This document shows, piece after piece, positions 1-9,337 of a DNA stretch of 58,625 nt. Numbering within the stretch: the stretch's first letter is position 1; each line of letters starts with the position of its first letter. A model generated the notes under the pieces. That model ran no database searches. It saw only the letters and a list, made by a program, of their open reading frames with translations, and was not told the origin of the DNA. Position numbers and translations under genes: made by a program. The DNA lies in the NCBI GenBank assembly GCA_036337215.1, contig JAYZEO010000082.1, forward strand, positions 1 through 58,625, written 5' to 3'. Origin of the DNA: Myxococcota bacterium (GTDB taxonomy: Bacteria; Myxococcota_A; UBA9160; SZUA-336).

Positions 1-1250
1 TAGATGTCGAAGTGATGAACCGGCTGATGGTAGCTCTGGCCTGCCGAGATCTTCGCGGGCCAGCGCATCATGAAGGGCACGTGCACACCCCCCTCGAAGA
101 ACGTGAGCTTCCAGCCGCGGAAGGGTTCGTTCACACGGGGCAAGCCCAGATAGCCAGCACCACCGTTATCCGACGTGAAGATGACCAGCGTGTTCTCTTC
201 CAGACCCTGCTCGCGCAGCGCATCCAGCACCCGGCCCACGGAGCGGTCGAGGGAGCGGATCATGCCGGCATAGGTGCGCTCGGTGTGGCTCTCGATCTGC
301 GGGAACGCGTCGTAGTCGTCGCGGCGCGCCTGCAGGGGGGTGTGGATCGCCCAGTGGGCCAGGTAGAGAAAGAAGGGCCGGTGGCGGTTTGCCTCGATCA
401 CCTTGATGGCTTCGTCGGTGTAGTAGTCCGTCAGGTAGCCGGGGGGCTCGAAGAGCGGACCGTCGTTGTACGACGCCGAGTAGCTGGACACCGCCCAGAG
501 GAAGCGGTCGATGGCGTCGAACTCCTGCCTCGAGTTGACGACGCGCGGGTGGTCCACGGGCAGGAAGAGCGGGCCTTCCCTCATCAGGGTCTCGTCGAAC
601 CCCTGAGCGTTGGGCCCCATCTCGTGGGTCCGGCCCACGTGCCATTTGCCGATGTGCGCGGTGTAGTAACCAGCGGCCTTGAGCGTTTCGGCCAGCGTGA
701 TCTCGCTCGACGGCATCCCCATCTCTTGGGCTGGAAGCCGCTCGACTTTCGTGTTCGACGGTACCGGCTTTCGCTTCCGATTCGAGTCCGCGTCGATGAT
801 GAACTGCAGGGCCGGGGCCATGGCTGCAGGGGTGGGCGTGAACTCGAATCCGAATCGCGTGCCGTAGCGGCCCGACAGGATCGCGGCGCGCGAAGGCGCA
901 CAGGAGCCGTTCCCCGAATACCCCCATGTCAGATTCACGCCACTTCGCGCGATCGAGTCGATGTTCGGCGTCTGCACCGTGCCGCCGCCGGCTCCGCCAC
1001 CGCGCGTCGACACGTCGTTCCAGCCCATGTCGTCCGCCAGGATCAGCACGATGTTCGGAGGTCGCTCCGAAGGCGGCGTGGTCGCCGCCTCCGGCCCGCG
1101 CTGCCACTCGATCTCCTGATGGGGGCCGATCGTACGCGCGGCAGCCACCCGCATCCCGACGAGCCCCAGAAAGAGTTCGACGCGGAATATCCACGCAACG
1201 ACGAGCAGAGCCGCCAGCACGGCGCCCACCCGCACGATCCAGCGAAGCAC
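1..1250 (-). CDS. Sulfatase (formylglycine-dependent arylsulfatase family), membrane-anchored; the 3' end runs off the left edge
   Basis: This frame is absent from the supplied ORF track because it has no stop inside the window. My translation from GTG at 1250 gives VLRWIVRVGAVLAALLVVAW (TM anchor), then PPNIVLILADDMGWNDV, then GNGSCAPSRAAILSGRYG (C-x-P-x-R formylglycine motif), then HIGKWHVG, FFLYLAHWAIHTPL, VIFTSDNGG and GWKLTFFEGGVHVPFMMRWP. There are no in-frame stops. A GAGGAGGG run lies upstream of the GTG. Confidence 0.9.
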   Translation of the reverse strand, partial: MLRWIVRVGAVLAALLVVAWIFRVELFLGLVGMRVAAARTIGPHQEIEWQRGPEAATTPPSERPPNIVLILADDMGWNDVSTRGGGAGGGTVQTPNIDSIARSGVNLTWGYSGNGSCAPSRAAILSGRYGTRFGFEFTPTPAAMAPALQFIIDADSNRKRKPVPSNTKVERLPAQEMGMPSSEITLAETLKAAGYYTAHIGKWHVGRTHEMGPNAQGFDETLMREGPLFLPVDHPRVVNSRQEFDAIDRFLWAVSSYSASYNDGPLFEPPGYLTDYYTDEAIKVIEANRHRPFFLYLAHWAIHTPLQARRDDYDAFPQIESHTERTYAGMIRSLDRSVGRVLDALREQGLEENTLVIFTSDNGGAGYLGLPRVNEPFRGWKLTFFEGGVHVPFMMRWPAKISAGQSYHQPVHHFDI

Positions 1251-1389
1251 TCCCTGCCCTCCTCGAACCCAATACTACGGCTCTCTTTGGTCCCACCCGA
1301 CTCGCCCCGACGATTCGCTGCAGCAGCCGGTCGACGAGCCGTGGGCGCGCGGCGAGCCGTTTTTCAACGGCCCGGCAGCGCGGGAAAAA

Positions 1390-1743
1390 TGGTGGAGGCG
1401 GCGGGAATCGAACCCGCGTCCGAATGGGCTGTTTCCGCTGTGTCTACGTGTGTAGCTTCCGGATCAATTTAGCGGACCGGGAGCTCCGGGAGCCCGGCTC
1501 TTCGGCCGCGAGTCGGCTGTTTTCTCGTCCGCACCGCACCGACGACGGCTTGGACCAGCCTGCTAATTTGACGCCCCCCGGCCTCAGCAGGCGTCGGACC
1601 GGGGGACGCTCGCTGCGTTATTTAAGCAGCGAGAGCGAGATTATTGTCGGCAATTGTATTTGCCTTGCCGCAGGATTCACGAGGATACGGCACCTCGACA
1701 CGCAACAACGGACGTCCACCACCCGTCGAACCCGAGCGCCCCC
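1390..1743 (-). ncRNA. ssrA: tmRNA (transfer-messenger RNA)
   Basis: Read on the minus strand, the 5' end is GGGGGCGCUCGGGUUCGACGGG and the 3' end is GGACGCGGGUUCGAUUCCCGCCGCCUCCACCA. The acceptor stem GGGGGCG/CGCCUCC carries the G3:U wobble, and a T-arm GGUUCGAUUCC is present. The internal tag frame GCC GAC AAU AAU CUC GCU CUC GCU GCU UAA encodes ADNNLALAA* (plus-strand 1622..1651). A longer frame from GCA would give ANTIADNNLALAA. smpB lies 3.3 kb away. Confidence 0.95.
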
Positions 1744-1847
1744 TTTCCCCCCCACTCTAGAGATACGGGTCGGCGCGTCAAGCGTCCGACTCAAGCCCCC
1801 GAGAGAGGGAAAGCCTCAGTCTGGTAGATTGCCGGCGCGAGCACGAA

Positions 1848-3014
1848 GTGAGCACCCCACTGGCGAGCGTGATCCTGCGGCAAGGGAGAGACCGGTCGGT
1901 CCGTCTCGGCCACCCCTGGCTGCTGTCCGGCAGCATTGACCGGATCGAGGGGGACCCTCGGCCGGAGGCTCCAGTGCGCGTGCTTGCCGCCAACGGGAGC
2001 CTGCTCGCGCACGGGGACTTCGACCCGGGCACCCAGATTCGGGTCCGCCTGACGCACTTCGGTGAAGATCCACCCGATCCCGAAGAGACCTGGTTCGAGG
2101 AACGACTGCTGGCCGCGGTCGCGTGGCGGGAACTGCACCCGCTGCTGGACGGGACCGATGCCGTGCGCTGGGTGCACGCCGAGGCCGATGGCCTTCCGGG
2201 GCTTACCGTCGATCGCTACGCGAGTTGGATCGTGATCCGGCCCGGGACCGCGGCCATGGCTCGCCGCGCGGAACGCGTCGCGCGCGCACTGATCGAAACG
2301 CGTGCGCTCGCAGGGGCCTGGCTCAGGGGGCCCGCGCGCGAAGGCCACGCAACCCGGGCCCTGGCCGGCTCCGTGCCGGAGGAGCCGATCGAGATCTCGG
2401 AACGCGGCCGCCGGTATCAGGTCGACCTGCGCCGCGGACAGAAGACCGGCTTCTATCTCGACCAGCGCGACGCGCGCGACCGCTTCCAGCGCCTGGCGCC
2501 GGGCACGCGGGTGCTCGACCTGTACTCGTACAGCGGCGGATTCGCGGCCGCCGCCCTCGCTGGGGGCGCCACCGAAGCCGTCTGCGTGGAGTCGTCCAAG
2601 CCCGCCTGTGATTTACTGGAACGCAACGCGCCCGAAGCCGAGCGGGTCGCGGGAGATGTGGGCGCGTTCCTGCGCACGGATACGCGATGCTTCGGCCTGG
2701 TCGCGATCGACCCGCCGCCCTTCGCTAAACGCAAGCGAGATGCCAATGCTGCCTGCCGTGCCTACCAAGAACTGCATCGGAATGCGCTGCGCAAGATCAC
2801 GCCGGGAGGGCTACTTCTCACCTTCTGCTGCTCGCACCATGTCGACGCGACGCGCTTCCGCCGGACGATCTTCAACGCAGCCGCGCAAACCGGAATCCAA
2901 CTCCAACTCCTGGAAGCACTCGGTGCCCCGGCCGATCACGCGGTCGATCTCCGACACCCGGAGGGGGAGTACCTGAAGGGCTTCCTGCTTCGGGTCGCGA
3001 CGGTAAACGCGTGA
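1848..3014 (+). CDS. rlmI: Class I SAM-dependent rRNA (m5C) methyltransferase, RlmI-like, with a PUA-type N-terminal domain
   Basis: 388 aa with a GTG start. The N-terminus reads RLGHPWLLSGSIDRIEG. The methyltransferase core shows VLDLYSYSGGFAAAA, IDPPPFAKRK and LLLTFCCSHH. Confidence 0.8.
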   Translation: MSTPLASVILRQGRDRSVRLGHPWLLSGSIDRIEGDPRPEAPVRVLAANGSLLAHGDFDPGTQIRVRLTHFGEDPPDPEETWFEERLLAAVAWRELHPLLDGTDAVRWVHAEADGLPGLTVDRYASWIVIRPGTAAMARRAERVARALIETRALAGAWLRGPAREGHATRALAGSVPEEPIEISERGRRYQVDLRRGQKTGFYLDQRDARDRFQRLAPGTRVLDLYSYSGGFAAAALAGGATEAVCVESSKPACDLLERNAPEAERVAGDVGAFLRTDTRCFGLVAIDPPPFAKRKRDANAACRAYQELHRNALRKITPGGLLLTFCCSHHVDATRFRRTIFNAAAQTGIQLQLLEALGAPADHAVDLRHPEGEYLKGFLLRVATVNA

Positions 3015-3712
3015 GGTCCGAATCCGAAGCAAACGCTCCCCGGGAGCGGATCCTCAGAAACCTCGCCCGTCTGGCCTCGCTCGCCCTGATCGCGCTCGGC
3101 CTCGCAGCGGGCTGGTGGCTCCACTTCGAGAGTGGCATGACCCAGGAGCCCGAGACCCTGCGCGAGCGACTCGGCGAGTTCGGCGCGGTGGCCCCACTCG
3201 TGTTCTCGTTGATGGTGGCGTTCCGATTCCTGCTGCTGCTCCCGTCCTTCGTCGTGCTGGCCGCAGGCGGCGTGCTGTTCGGCGCACTGTGGGGCGCCGT
3301 CTGGGGCACGGTCGGCGGAGCGCTCGGCGCCGTCCTCACCTTCTTCGTCGCGCGCAGCCTCGGCCGCGACGCGGTCCTGCGGAGACTCGGGGGTCCGCAG
3401 GCCCGAATCGACCGCTACCTGGCGGCGCGGGGCCCCGTCTGGCTCGCCGCCTACTGCGCCTTCCCGGCGACCCCGCTCACCCCCGCATTCCTGGGCGCCG
3501 GGCTCACCAGCATGCGACTGTTACCGTTCGCGGTCGCGAGTACGCTCGGCATGCTCCCGCGCACCATTGTCTACAGCGCGGTCGGCGACTCGGTCTTCGA
3601 ACTCGACTGGCGTCGACTCGCGGCGGTACTGGCGATCGTGGCGGTGGCCCTGCTGCTCGCCGCACCGGCCCGGCGCTGGCTGTTTACCCTCCCGGACGAT
3701 CCGGAACGCTAG
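3011..3712 (+). CDS. TVP38/TMEM64 (DedA-related) family membrane protein
   Basis: 233 aa and multi-TM. It contains LAAGGVLFGALWGAVWGTVGGALGAVLTFFVARSLGR. The start sits in a GTGA overlap with the rlmI stop. Confidence 0.75.
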   Translation: MRSESEANAPRERILRNLARLASLALIALGLAAGWWLHFESGMTQEPETLRERLGEFGAVAPLVFSLMVAFRFLLLLPSFVVLAAGGVLFGALWGAVWGTVGGALGAVLTFFVARSLGRDAVLRRLGGPQARIDRYLAARGPVWLAAYCAFPATPLTPAFLGAGLTSMRLLPFAVASTLGMLPRTIVYSAVGDSVFELDWRRLAAVLAIVAVALLLAAPARRWLFTLPDDPER

Positions 3713-5016
3713 CGACCCTCGGGCCTGGCTCTCTTGCCGGCGTCGCTCGCGTTCTCCGCGTGATCGATCGAGAGCACGGTATAGCGAAACCACGGCTTGT
3801 AGAGATCGTAGTTCTCGGTCGCTGCGTCGCCGATCACCACCAGCACCCAGCCCGGATCCCACTCCATGAGCGCAATCTCTTCGACGCGCCCTTGCCCTCG
3901 AGCAACGACTCGCGCGCTCCTTCTTCCATCCACCTCGAGACGTTCGCTCGAGACAAATTCGCCCCGGAGCAGCACACGGCGCCCGCCCTCATCGAGGTAG
4001 GAATCGAGCGAACCGCGGAGCGCCATCACCTGAATCAGGGCATCGTAGTCCCAGGAAAGCCCGTCCACTGCAACCCATCCGCGGGAAGTCGGAATCACCT
4101 GCCAGTCGACCGGAAAGCGAATCTCGATCGAAAACCGCTCGTGAACGCGCGCGTGCGAAAGTCGGGGCGGCGCCCTGCGCGCCTCCGACATCGGTACCGC
4201 ACGCGGAATCCCGACGCGCGCATAGACGGTCCCGGGGGGAATCCGGTAGAGAGACCGGAAGCTGTTGACGTCGTGCTCCGAGAGATTCTCTACCCGGCCG
4301 TCCCCGGCGAACGGGTACATCAGGTCCCCGCGCAGCGGGCTGTGCTGGCCCGAGGCACCCAGCAGGTGACCGATCTCGTGCATCGCCACCCGGCGTACCT
4401 GGCGCGGCGTCAGCAGCCCCTGTGGATCGGTCACGAAAAGCCAGATCTCGGAGGGAGCGTAGGAGATTTCGACACGACCGGGACTCTCAGCCGCACCGTT
4501 CACAGAGCAACGATCCGCCTCGCCCGGCAACATACCGAGACCGACCACTCGCAGGTTCTCGACGGTAGCGAGGCTCTCCTCGGCGACGACGGGCGCCTCG
4601 ATGTGTACCGTGACCGAGGCAGCGCCGGGATCATCGACCGGGACGAAGCGTACCGGACGTCCGATCGTCTCCTCCCACTCGGCGAACGCCTGGTGAACGG
4701 ACTCGACGTACTCGAGCGGATCTCGCGGATGAAACTCGTTCTGGAGCGCATCCGGGATCGCAGGGGGAACCACGTAGTAGCGCAGTGGAAACGCAGAATC
4801 CGGCCAGCGACAAATCACGAACGCGTCCGCTCCACCGGGAAGCCGCTCCCGGTGCGCGACCCAGGGCAGATAGTTCGGTTCGGGCAGCGCGCCGATTCGG
4901 GCGCGGAAGGATGCGTAGTCGTGGCGCGTGTGCGTGTACGGGCCGCCTGCCTGCGCGCAGGACAGCAGCAGCAGCGTTGCCACAAGGCCGCCGAACCACC
5001 GCGCCACCGCGATCAC
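3709..5016 (-). CDS. Putative zinc metalloprotease lipoprotein (metzincin/matrixin-like)
   Basis: 435 aa. A signal peptide and lipobox (LLLLSC) are present. The zinc motif is MHEIGHLLGASGQH, followed by a Met-turn-like DLMYPF. Confidence 0.6.
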   Translation of the reverse strand: MIAVARWFGGLVATLLLLSCAQAGGPYTHTRHDYASFRARIGALPEPNYLPWVAHRERLPGGADAFVICRWPDSAFPLRYYVVPPAIPDALQNEFHPRDPLEYVESVHQAFAEWEETIGRPVRFVPVDDPGAASVTVHIEAPVVAEESLATVENLRVVGLGMLPGEADRCSVNGAAESPGRVEISYAPSEIWLFVTDPQGLLTPRQVRRVAMHEIGHLLGASGQHSPLRGDLMYPFAGDGRVENLSEHDVNSFRSLYRIPPGTVYARVGIPRAVPMSEARRAPPRLSHARVHERFSIEIRFPVDWQVIPTSRGWVAVDGLSWDYDALIQVMALRGSLDSYLDEGGRRVLLRGEFVSSERLEVDGRRSARVVARGQGRVEEIALMEWDPGWVLVVIGDAATENYDLYKPWFRYTVLSIDHAENASDAGKRARPEGR

Positions 5017-5495
5017 GACTCCCTGCTCCTGCGTTTCCGAACTCGCTGCAACCTTCGCTCGGTCTCCCGCTTGGCGATCGCCTCGCGTTTGTCGTGAGTG
5101 CGCTTTCCGCGCGCGAGGCCGAGTTGGACCTTCGCACGACCATCTCGAAAATACATCTCGAGTGGAACCAGCGTGTAGCCACGCTCTCGGACCTTTCCGT
5201 GGAGCCGATGGATCTCGCGGCGGTGGAGCAAGAGCTTGCGCTCACGAGCCGGATCGGGATTTTCGCGGTTGGCCTGCTCGTAGGGAGCGATGTGAGCCTT
5301 CATCAGAAAGATCTCGCCACCCTGGACGCGCGCATAGCTGTCGACCAGGTTCGCCTTGCCGGCGCGGAGCGACTTCACCTCGGGTCCCACGAGCACCAGA
5401 CCCGCCTCCACGGTCTCTTCAATGCGGTAGCGATAACGCGCCCGGCGATTCTTGCAGATGCTCCGGACGGCCGGATCGGGTTTGGGGTCCTTCAC
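5013..5495 (-). CDS. smpB: SsrA-binding protein SmpB
   Basis: 160 aa. It contains NRRARYRYRIEETVEAGLVLVGPEVKSLR, LLLHRREI, GYTLVPLEMYF and a basic C-terminal tail. Confidence 0.95.
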   Translation of the reverse strand: MKDPKPDPAVRSICKNRRARYRYRIEETVEAGLVLVGPEVKSLRAGKANLVDSYARVQGGEIFLMKAHIAPYEQANRENPDPARERKLLLHRREIHRLHGKVRERGYTLVPLEMYFRDGRAKVQLGLARGKRTHDKREAIAKRETERRLQRVRKRRSRES

Positions 5496-6181
5496 TGCCC
5501 GGGGGCGCCGTCGTCGGCCGCCGGGCCGCCGGCCTCGGCCGACTCCGCGCCCGGGGTCGCGATTCCGGCCGAAATGATCAGCCTGAAGGCTTCTTCGATC
5601 GTCAGTCCGGTCTCCCGGAGTTCGCGATCCGGAAGCAGCAGGTAATAGCCGGTGGTCGGATTCGGGGTACTCGGCACGAACACCTTGGTGAGCGGACCCT
5701 CTTCACCCGGAAATCCCTGCGCCAGGGATCCGGTCACGAAGGCGTAGCAATACACGCCGCGTCGCGGATACTCGATCAACACCACGCGACTGAAGTTGCG
5801 AGTCCCTTCGCCCACCGTCGCCTGCATGAACTGCTTCACGACCGAGTAGAGACTCCGCGCCACCGGAATCCTCTCCACGATGCGCTCCCAGAGGCGCAGC
5901 GCACCGCGCCCGACGAAGCTGCGGGTGAGCGCACCGGCAACGAGAATCAGAAGCAGCGTGACCAGCGTCCCGAGCAACGGCGGCTGATCGCTCTCCAGCC
6001 CGAGCGCGGAGAAGATCCGGGGCAACACCAGGCGATCGAGTTGGTCGATGATCCACCAGACCCCGATGATCGTGAATCCGACCGGAACGAAGACCAGCAG
6101 CCCGGCTACGAAATCCCGGCGCAGCCTCTCGGCAATGCGTCGCCAGGCCGTTCTCCACACGAAGCCATCCTCCATCGCCAC
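5492..6181 (-). CDS. DUF502 family membrane protein
   Basis: 229 aa. It contains FVAGLLVFVPVGFTIIGVWWIIDQLD, VVLIEYPRRGVY and FVPSTPNPTTGY. Confidence 0.75.
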   Translation of the reverse strand: MAMEDGFVWRTAWRRIAERLRRDFVAGLLVFVPVGFTIIGVWWIIDQLDRLVLPRIFSALGLESDQPPLLGTLVTLLLILVAGALTRSFVGRGALRLWERIVERIPVARSLYSVVKQFMQATVGEGTRNFSRVVLIEYPRRGVYCYAFVTGSLAQGFPGEEGPLTKVFVPSTPNPTTGYYLLLPDRELRETGLTIEEAFRLIISAGIATPGAESAEAGGPAADDGAPGQ

Positions 6182-6220
6182 CCGGCGCCTTTCGAGGCCA
6201 TAGCGGAATCGACAGGAAGG

Positions 6221-6568
6221 CTAGCGGAGGCGGTTGGACGAGTCGACGAGACAGATCCTGGGCTCGTGCCTCCGGGCCTCATTCGCATCCAGGTGTGCGT
6301 AGCTCGCGATAATGACGAGATCGTGGGGCTTCACCAGGTGCGCGGCCGCGCCGTTGATACCGATCGTTCCGGAAGCGCGGGCTCCCGGAATCACGTAGGT
6401 CTGCAGACGCGCGCCGTTCGTGATGTCGTAGATCTCGACCCGCTCGTGGTCGAGCAGATCCGCCGCGTCCATCAAATCGCGGTCGATCGTGATCGATCCG
6501 TCGTAGTCGAGATTCGCGTCGGTCACGGTCGCTCGGTGGATCTTCGACTTGAGAAGCGTAAGCAGCAT
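6221..6568 (-). CDS. panD: Aspartate 1-decarboxylase
   Basis: The ATG at 6568 gives [29 protein letters not shown], including the G-S self-cleavage site. The start sits in an ATGA overlap with the panC stop. The longer track ORF (start at 6685) adds an Arg/Gly-rich non-homologous extension. Confidence 0.93.
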   Translation of the reverse strand: MLLTLLKSKIHRATVTDANLDYDGSITIDRDLMDAADLLDHERVEIYDITNGARLQTYVIPGARASGTIGINGAAAHLVKPHDLVIIASYAHLDANEARRHEPRICLVDSSNRLR

Positions 6569-7431
6569 CAGCCATCCTCGAGGATTAGGTTGTCGATCAG
6601 CCGGGTCGCACCAAAGCGCACCGCCAGCGCCAGCAACGCCTGGCCCTCGACGGACTCGACGGGTTCGAGTTCGTCCGTCGAGCACAGCTCGATGTAATCG
6701 ATCTGGGCCAGTGGCTCCTTGCTCACACGCAGGCGAACCGTTTCGACCAGCACATCCGCACGTCGCTCCCCGGACTCGAAGCGCGCGCGAGCCTCGCAGA
6801 GCCCGGCGTAGAGCGCCCGCGCCTGCCCGCGTTCGACCGCGCTCAAATATGCGTTGCGGGAACTCAGGGCGATGCCGTCAGGCTCGCGGACGGTCGAAAC
6901 CCCGACGATCTCGACGCCGAAGTGCAGGTCGCGCTCCATGCGGCGGATCACCGCAAGCTGCTGGTAGTCCTTCATCCCGAAGATCGCCACGTGGGGCTTG
7001 GCGGCCAGCAACAGCCGCGCGACCACGGTCGTCACGCCTCGGAAGTGGCCGGGGCGGCTGGCCCCACAGAGCCCGCGCGGCAGACGCTCGAGCTCCACGC
7101 TGGTGGCGTCGCCGGGGGGATAGATCTCGCCGACCGCGGGCGCGAAAACCACGTCGACACCGGCCTCGCCAAGCAGCGCGCAATCCCGTTCGAGGTCGCG
7201 CGGATAGCGCTCGAAATCCTCGTTCGGACCGAACTGGGAGGGGTTGACGAAGATACTCACCACCACGCGATCGCCCCAGGCCCGCGCGGCGTGCACCAAC
7301 GCCAGATGGCCTTCGTGAAGCGCTCCCATGGTCGGGACCAGCGCGATCCGGCGCCGGGCCGCGCGTTCCATGTCCGCCCAGTGCTGCAGTTCCCGAACGC
7401 CGGAGACCCGGAGCGGCTCAGTAGGACTCAT
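6568..7431 (-). CDS. panC: Pantoate--beta-alanine ligase
   Basis: 287 aa. It contains [34 protein letters not shown] and [10 protein letters not shown]. Confidence 0.95.
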   Translation of the reverse strand: MSPTEPLRVSGVRELQHWADMERAARRRIALVPTMGALHEGHLALVHAARAWGDRVVVSIFVNPSQFGPNEDFERYPRDLERDCALLGEAGVDVVFAPAVGEIYPPGDATSVELERLPRGLCGASRPGHFRGVTTVVARLLLAAKPHVAIFGMKDYQQLAVIRRMERDLHFGVEIVGVSTVREPDGIALSSRNAYLSAVERGQARALYAGLCEARARFESGERRADVLVETVRLRVSKEPLAQIDYIELCSTDELEPVESVEGQALLALAVRFGATRLIDNLILEDG

Positions 7432-8221
7432 GATCCGCCGGGAACTTGCTCTCGCGAACGTCTTCTGCGTACATCCGGGCCGCCTTGCCGACGACCTCGC
7501 TCAGTGCCAGGTACTGGCGCGCAAAGCGCGGAGGCGGGTCCTCGCCAAGCCCGAGCAGATCGTGCAACACCAGCACCTGGCCGTCGCAGTTCGGGCCCGC
7601 ACCGATCCCGATCGTGGGAATCCGCAGCTCCTCCGCGATCTCGGCCGCGACTGCGCCTGGCACGCCGTCCAGCACCACCGCACCTGCGCCCGCCTCCGGG
7701 ACCGCGCGCGCGTCGCGGAGCACCTGCTTGCGAGAGCATGACCCGCGGCCCTGTACGCGGTAGCCGCCCATCCGGTGTACCGATTGAGGCGTAAGGCCCA
7801 CGTGTCCCATCACCGGGATGTCGAGGCGCGCAATCGCCTCGATCCGGTCGGCCATGCGCTCACCGCCCTCGAGCTTGACGCTATGCGCGCCCCCCTCTTT
7901 GATCAGCCGGCAGGCGCTGTCGCATGCCACCTCTGAGGAGCGGTGATAGCTCCCGAAGGGCATGTCACCCACGACCAGCGCGTGGCGCGCGGCGCGCGAC
8001 ACCATCTCGCAGTGATAGACAATCTCGTCCAGCGAAACGGGCAGCGTGGTGTCGTGCCCCTGCACACAGGTTCCGAGACTGTCGCCCACCAGCAGCACGT
8101 CGATCCCAGACGCGTCCAGAATCCGCGCAAACGGATAGTCGTAAGCGGTGAGCATTGAGATCTTCCGTCCCGCGCGCTTGAGCTTCGCAAGCGCCGGCAC
8201 CGTGACACGGGCCTCTCGCAT
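7418..8221 (-). CDS. panB: 3-methyl-2-oxobutanoate hydroxymethyltransferase
   Basis: The ATG at 8221 is preceded by GAGGAGAG. The product reads MREARVTVPALAKLKRAGRKISMLTAYDYPFARILDASGIDVLLVGDSLG and later contains GHVGLTPQS. Confidence 0.93.
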   Translation of the reverse strand: MREARVTVPALAKLKRAGRKISMLTAYDYPFARILDASGIDVLLVGDSLGTCVQGHDTTLPVSLDEIVYHCEMVSRAARHALVVGDMPFGSYHRSSEVACDSACRLIKEGGAHSVKLEGGERMADRIEAIARLDIPVMGHVGLTPQSVHRMGGYRVQGRGSCSRKQVLRDARAVPEAGAGAVVLDGVPGAVAAEIAEELRIPTIGIGAGPNCDGQVLVLHDLLGLGEDPPPRFARQYLALSEVVGKAARMYAEDVRESKFPADHESY

Positions 8222-8509
8222 CGAATTCTCTCCTCGCGATTCGCAGAGCCGACCGACCTTGTGGCCCACCGGTCGTGGCGACCGGTCCGATCAACCTTCT
8301 GCGTCGCGAGCGCGGGGCGCAGCGCGAGAGACAGAGCGGCCGTTCGGTCTCGGTCCCAGGCGGGATCCAAGCTTCAGGCGGCTTCTACTGCTCCTTTTGG
8401 ACCCAAAGCCTTGTCTGGAGCGGTGGGTGGTGTCACCCGTGCAGGAAACCAGTCCCGGGCGCCTCAGGCGGGCCGGGAACGCCCCCGGGAGTCCGGGCCG
8501 GAACGGCTC

Positions 8510-9337
8510 TCAGCTGTCCGGTCTGGCTTGCGAAACCGCGTTCGCAAGCTCCACGAAGTCGCCCGGGGACAGTCTTTCGGGGCGGCTTCCGGGATCGATC
8601 CGAGCCTGCTCCAGGGCCCGCTCGGCCTCCGGAATCCGTCCCCGGAAGGCCGCCCGCAGCGTCTTTCGCCGATGCTGAAACGCACAGCGGACGAGTTCCC
8701 GCAGCGCGGGCGGAGACGTCACCTCGGGAGCGTTGGATGCGGGATCGAAGACAACGAAGCTCGAGTGCACGCGCGGTCGGGGATCGAAGTCTTCGGGGGA
8801 AAGGGACAGGACCCGCCGCGCTTCGGCCCAAATCGTCGTCCAGACCGCGAGCGGCCCGTACGCCCGGGTCCCGGGCTCGGCGAGGACGCGGTCCGCCACC
8901 TCGCGCTGAAGCATGAAGCCCCAGCGGCGAAACGGCGTCCTGGGGCCCAGCAGGCTTCCCACCAGGCGTCCCGAGATGCGGTACGGCAGGTTCCCGATCA
9001 GAACCACGGGTGCCCGCAGCTCCCGGGCAAGGCCACCTAGGTCGGCCTTCATCACGTCTTGGTGGCGCAGCTCCACCCCGGCGCCGAGTTCCTGCTCGAC
9101 GAGCAGCCGAAACAGGCCCCGGTCGACCTCGAGAGCCACGGTCCGGCGCGCGACCGCCGCAATCGCGCGAGTGAGGCGGCCGAGCCCCGGGCCGACCTCG
9201 ACGACCGCATCCGCCGCCTCGATCCCGGTCACCGCAACGATGCGCGCCGCAGTCTGGTCGGAGCGCAGAAAATTCTGGCCGCGGGCCCGGGACGGAGCGA
9301 GGCCCCGTTCGGCGAGATAGCGACGGATCGAGGCTAT
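8510..9337 (-). CDS. rsmA: 16S rRNA (adenine1518/1519-N6)-dimethyltransferase RsmA/KsgA; the start codon is uncertain (see findings)
   Basis: It contains VVEVGPGLGRLTRAI, GNLPYRISG and a KsgA-type C-terminus. The conserved GQNFL motif lies in frame upstream of the track start (GTG at 9232). No ATG, GTG or TTG occurs between the upstream stop (9341..9343) and that motif. The ATA at 9337 overlaps the tsaD TAG stop. Confidence 0.85.
   Translation of the reverse strand: MASIRRYLAERGLAPSRARGQNFLRSDQTAARIVAVTGIEAADAVVEVGPGLGRLTRAIAAVARRTVALEVDRGLFRLLVEQELGAGVELRHQDVMKADLGGLARELRAPVVLIGNLPYRISGRLVGSLLGPRTPFRRWGFMLQREVADRVLAEPGTRAYGPLAVWTTIWAEARRVLSLSPEDFDPRPRVHSSFVVFDPASNAPEVTSPPALRELVRCAFQHRRKTLRAAFRGRIPEAERALEQARIDPGSRPERLSPGDFVELANAVSQARPDS

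Noticed and set aside
12-1472. The 486-aa plus-strand ORF (12..1472) and the 376-aa minus-strand ORF (166..1296) listed in the track over the left end.
   Set aside because: Both are Arg/Gly/Pro-rich shadow frames of the real sulfatase gene, which sits in a third frame that is open to the window edge. Only that frame shows recognisable motifs (CAPSR, DDMGWND, SDNGG).
3115-6697. Very long alternative-frame or antisense ORFs, for example 3115..5097 (+, 660 aa) and 4928..6697 (+, 589 aa). Similar ones occur elsewhere: 8433..9428, 15595..16944, 24306..25262, 25183..26424, 39477..41084 and 53351..54904.
   Set aside because: These are typical high-GC stop-poor shadow frames. Their composition is dominated by R/A/G/P, they carry no family motifs, and each is fully covered by a well-supported gene on the other strand or in another frame.
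8386-8440. An SRP (4.5S) RNA-like stretch on the minus strand: GGGUCC-AAAA-GGAGCAGUAG.
   Set aside because: It lacks the conserved GNRA (GGAA) tetraloop and the AGCA/CAGG symmetric-loop nucleotides. The asymmetric loop would also fall on the wrong strand of the helix. The resemblance is superficial.
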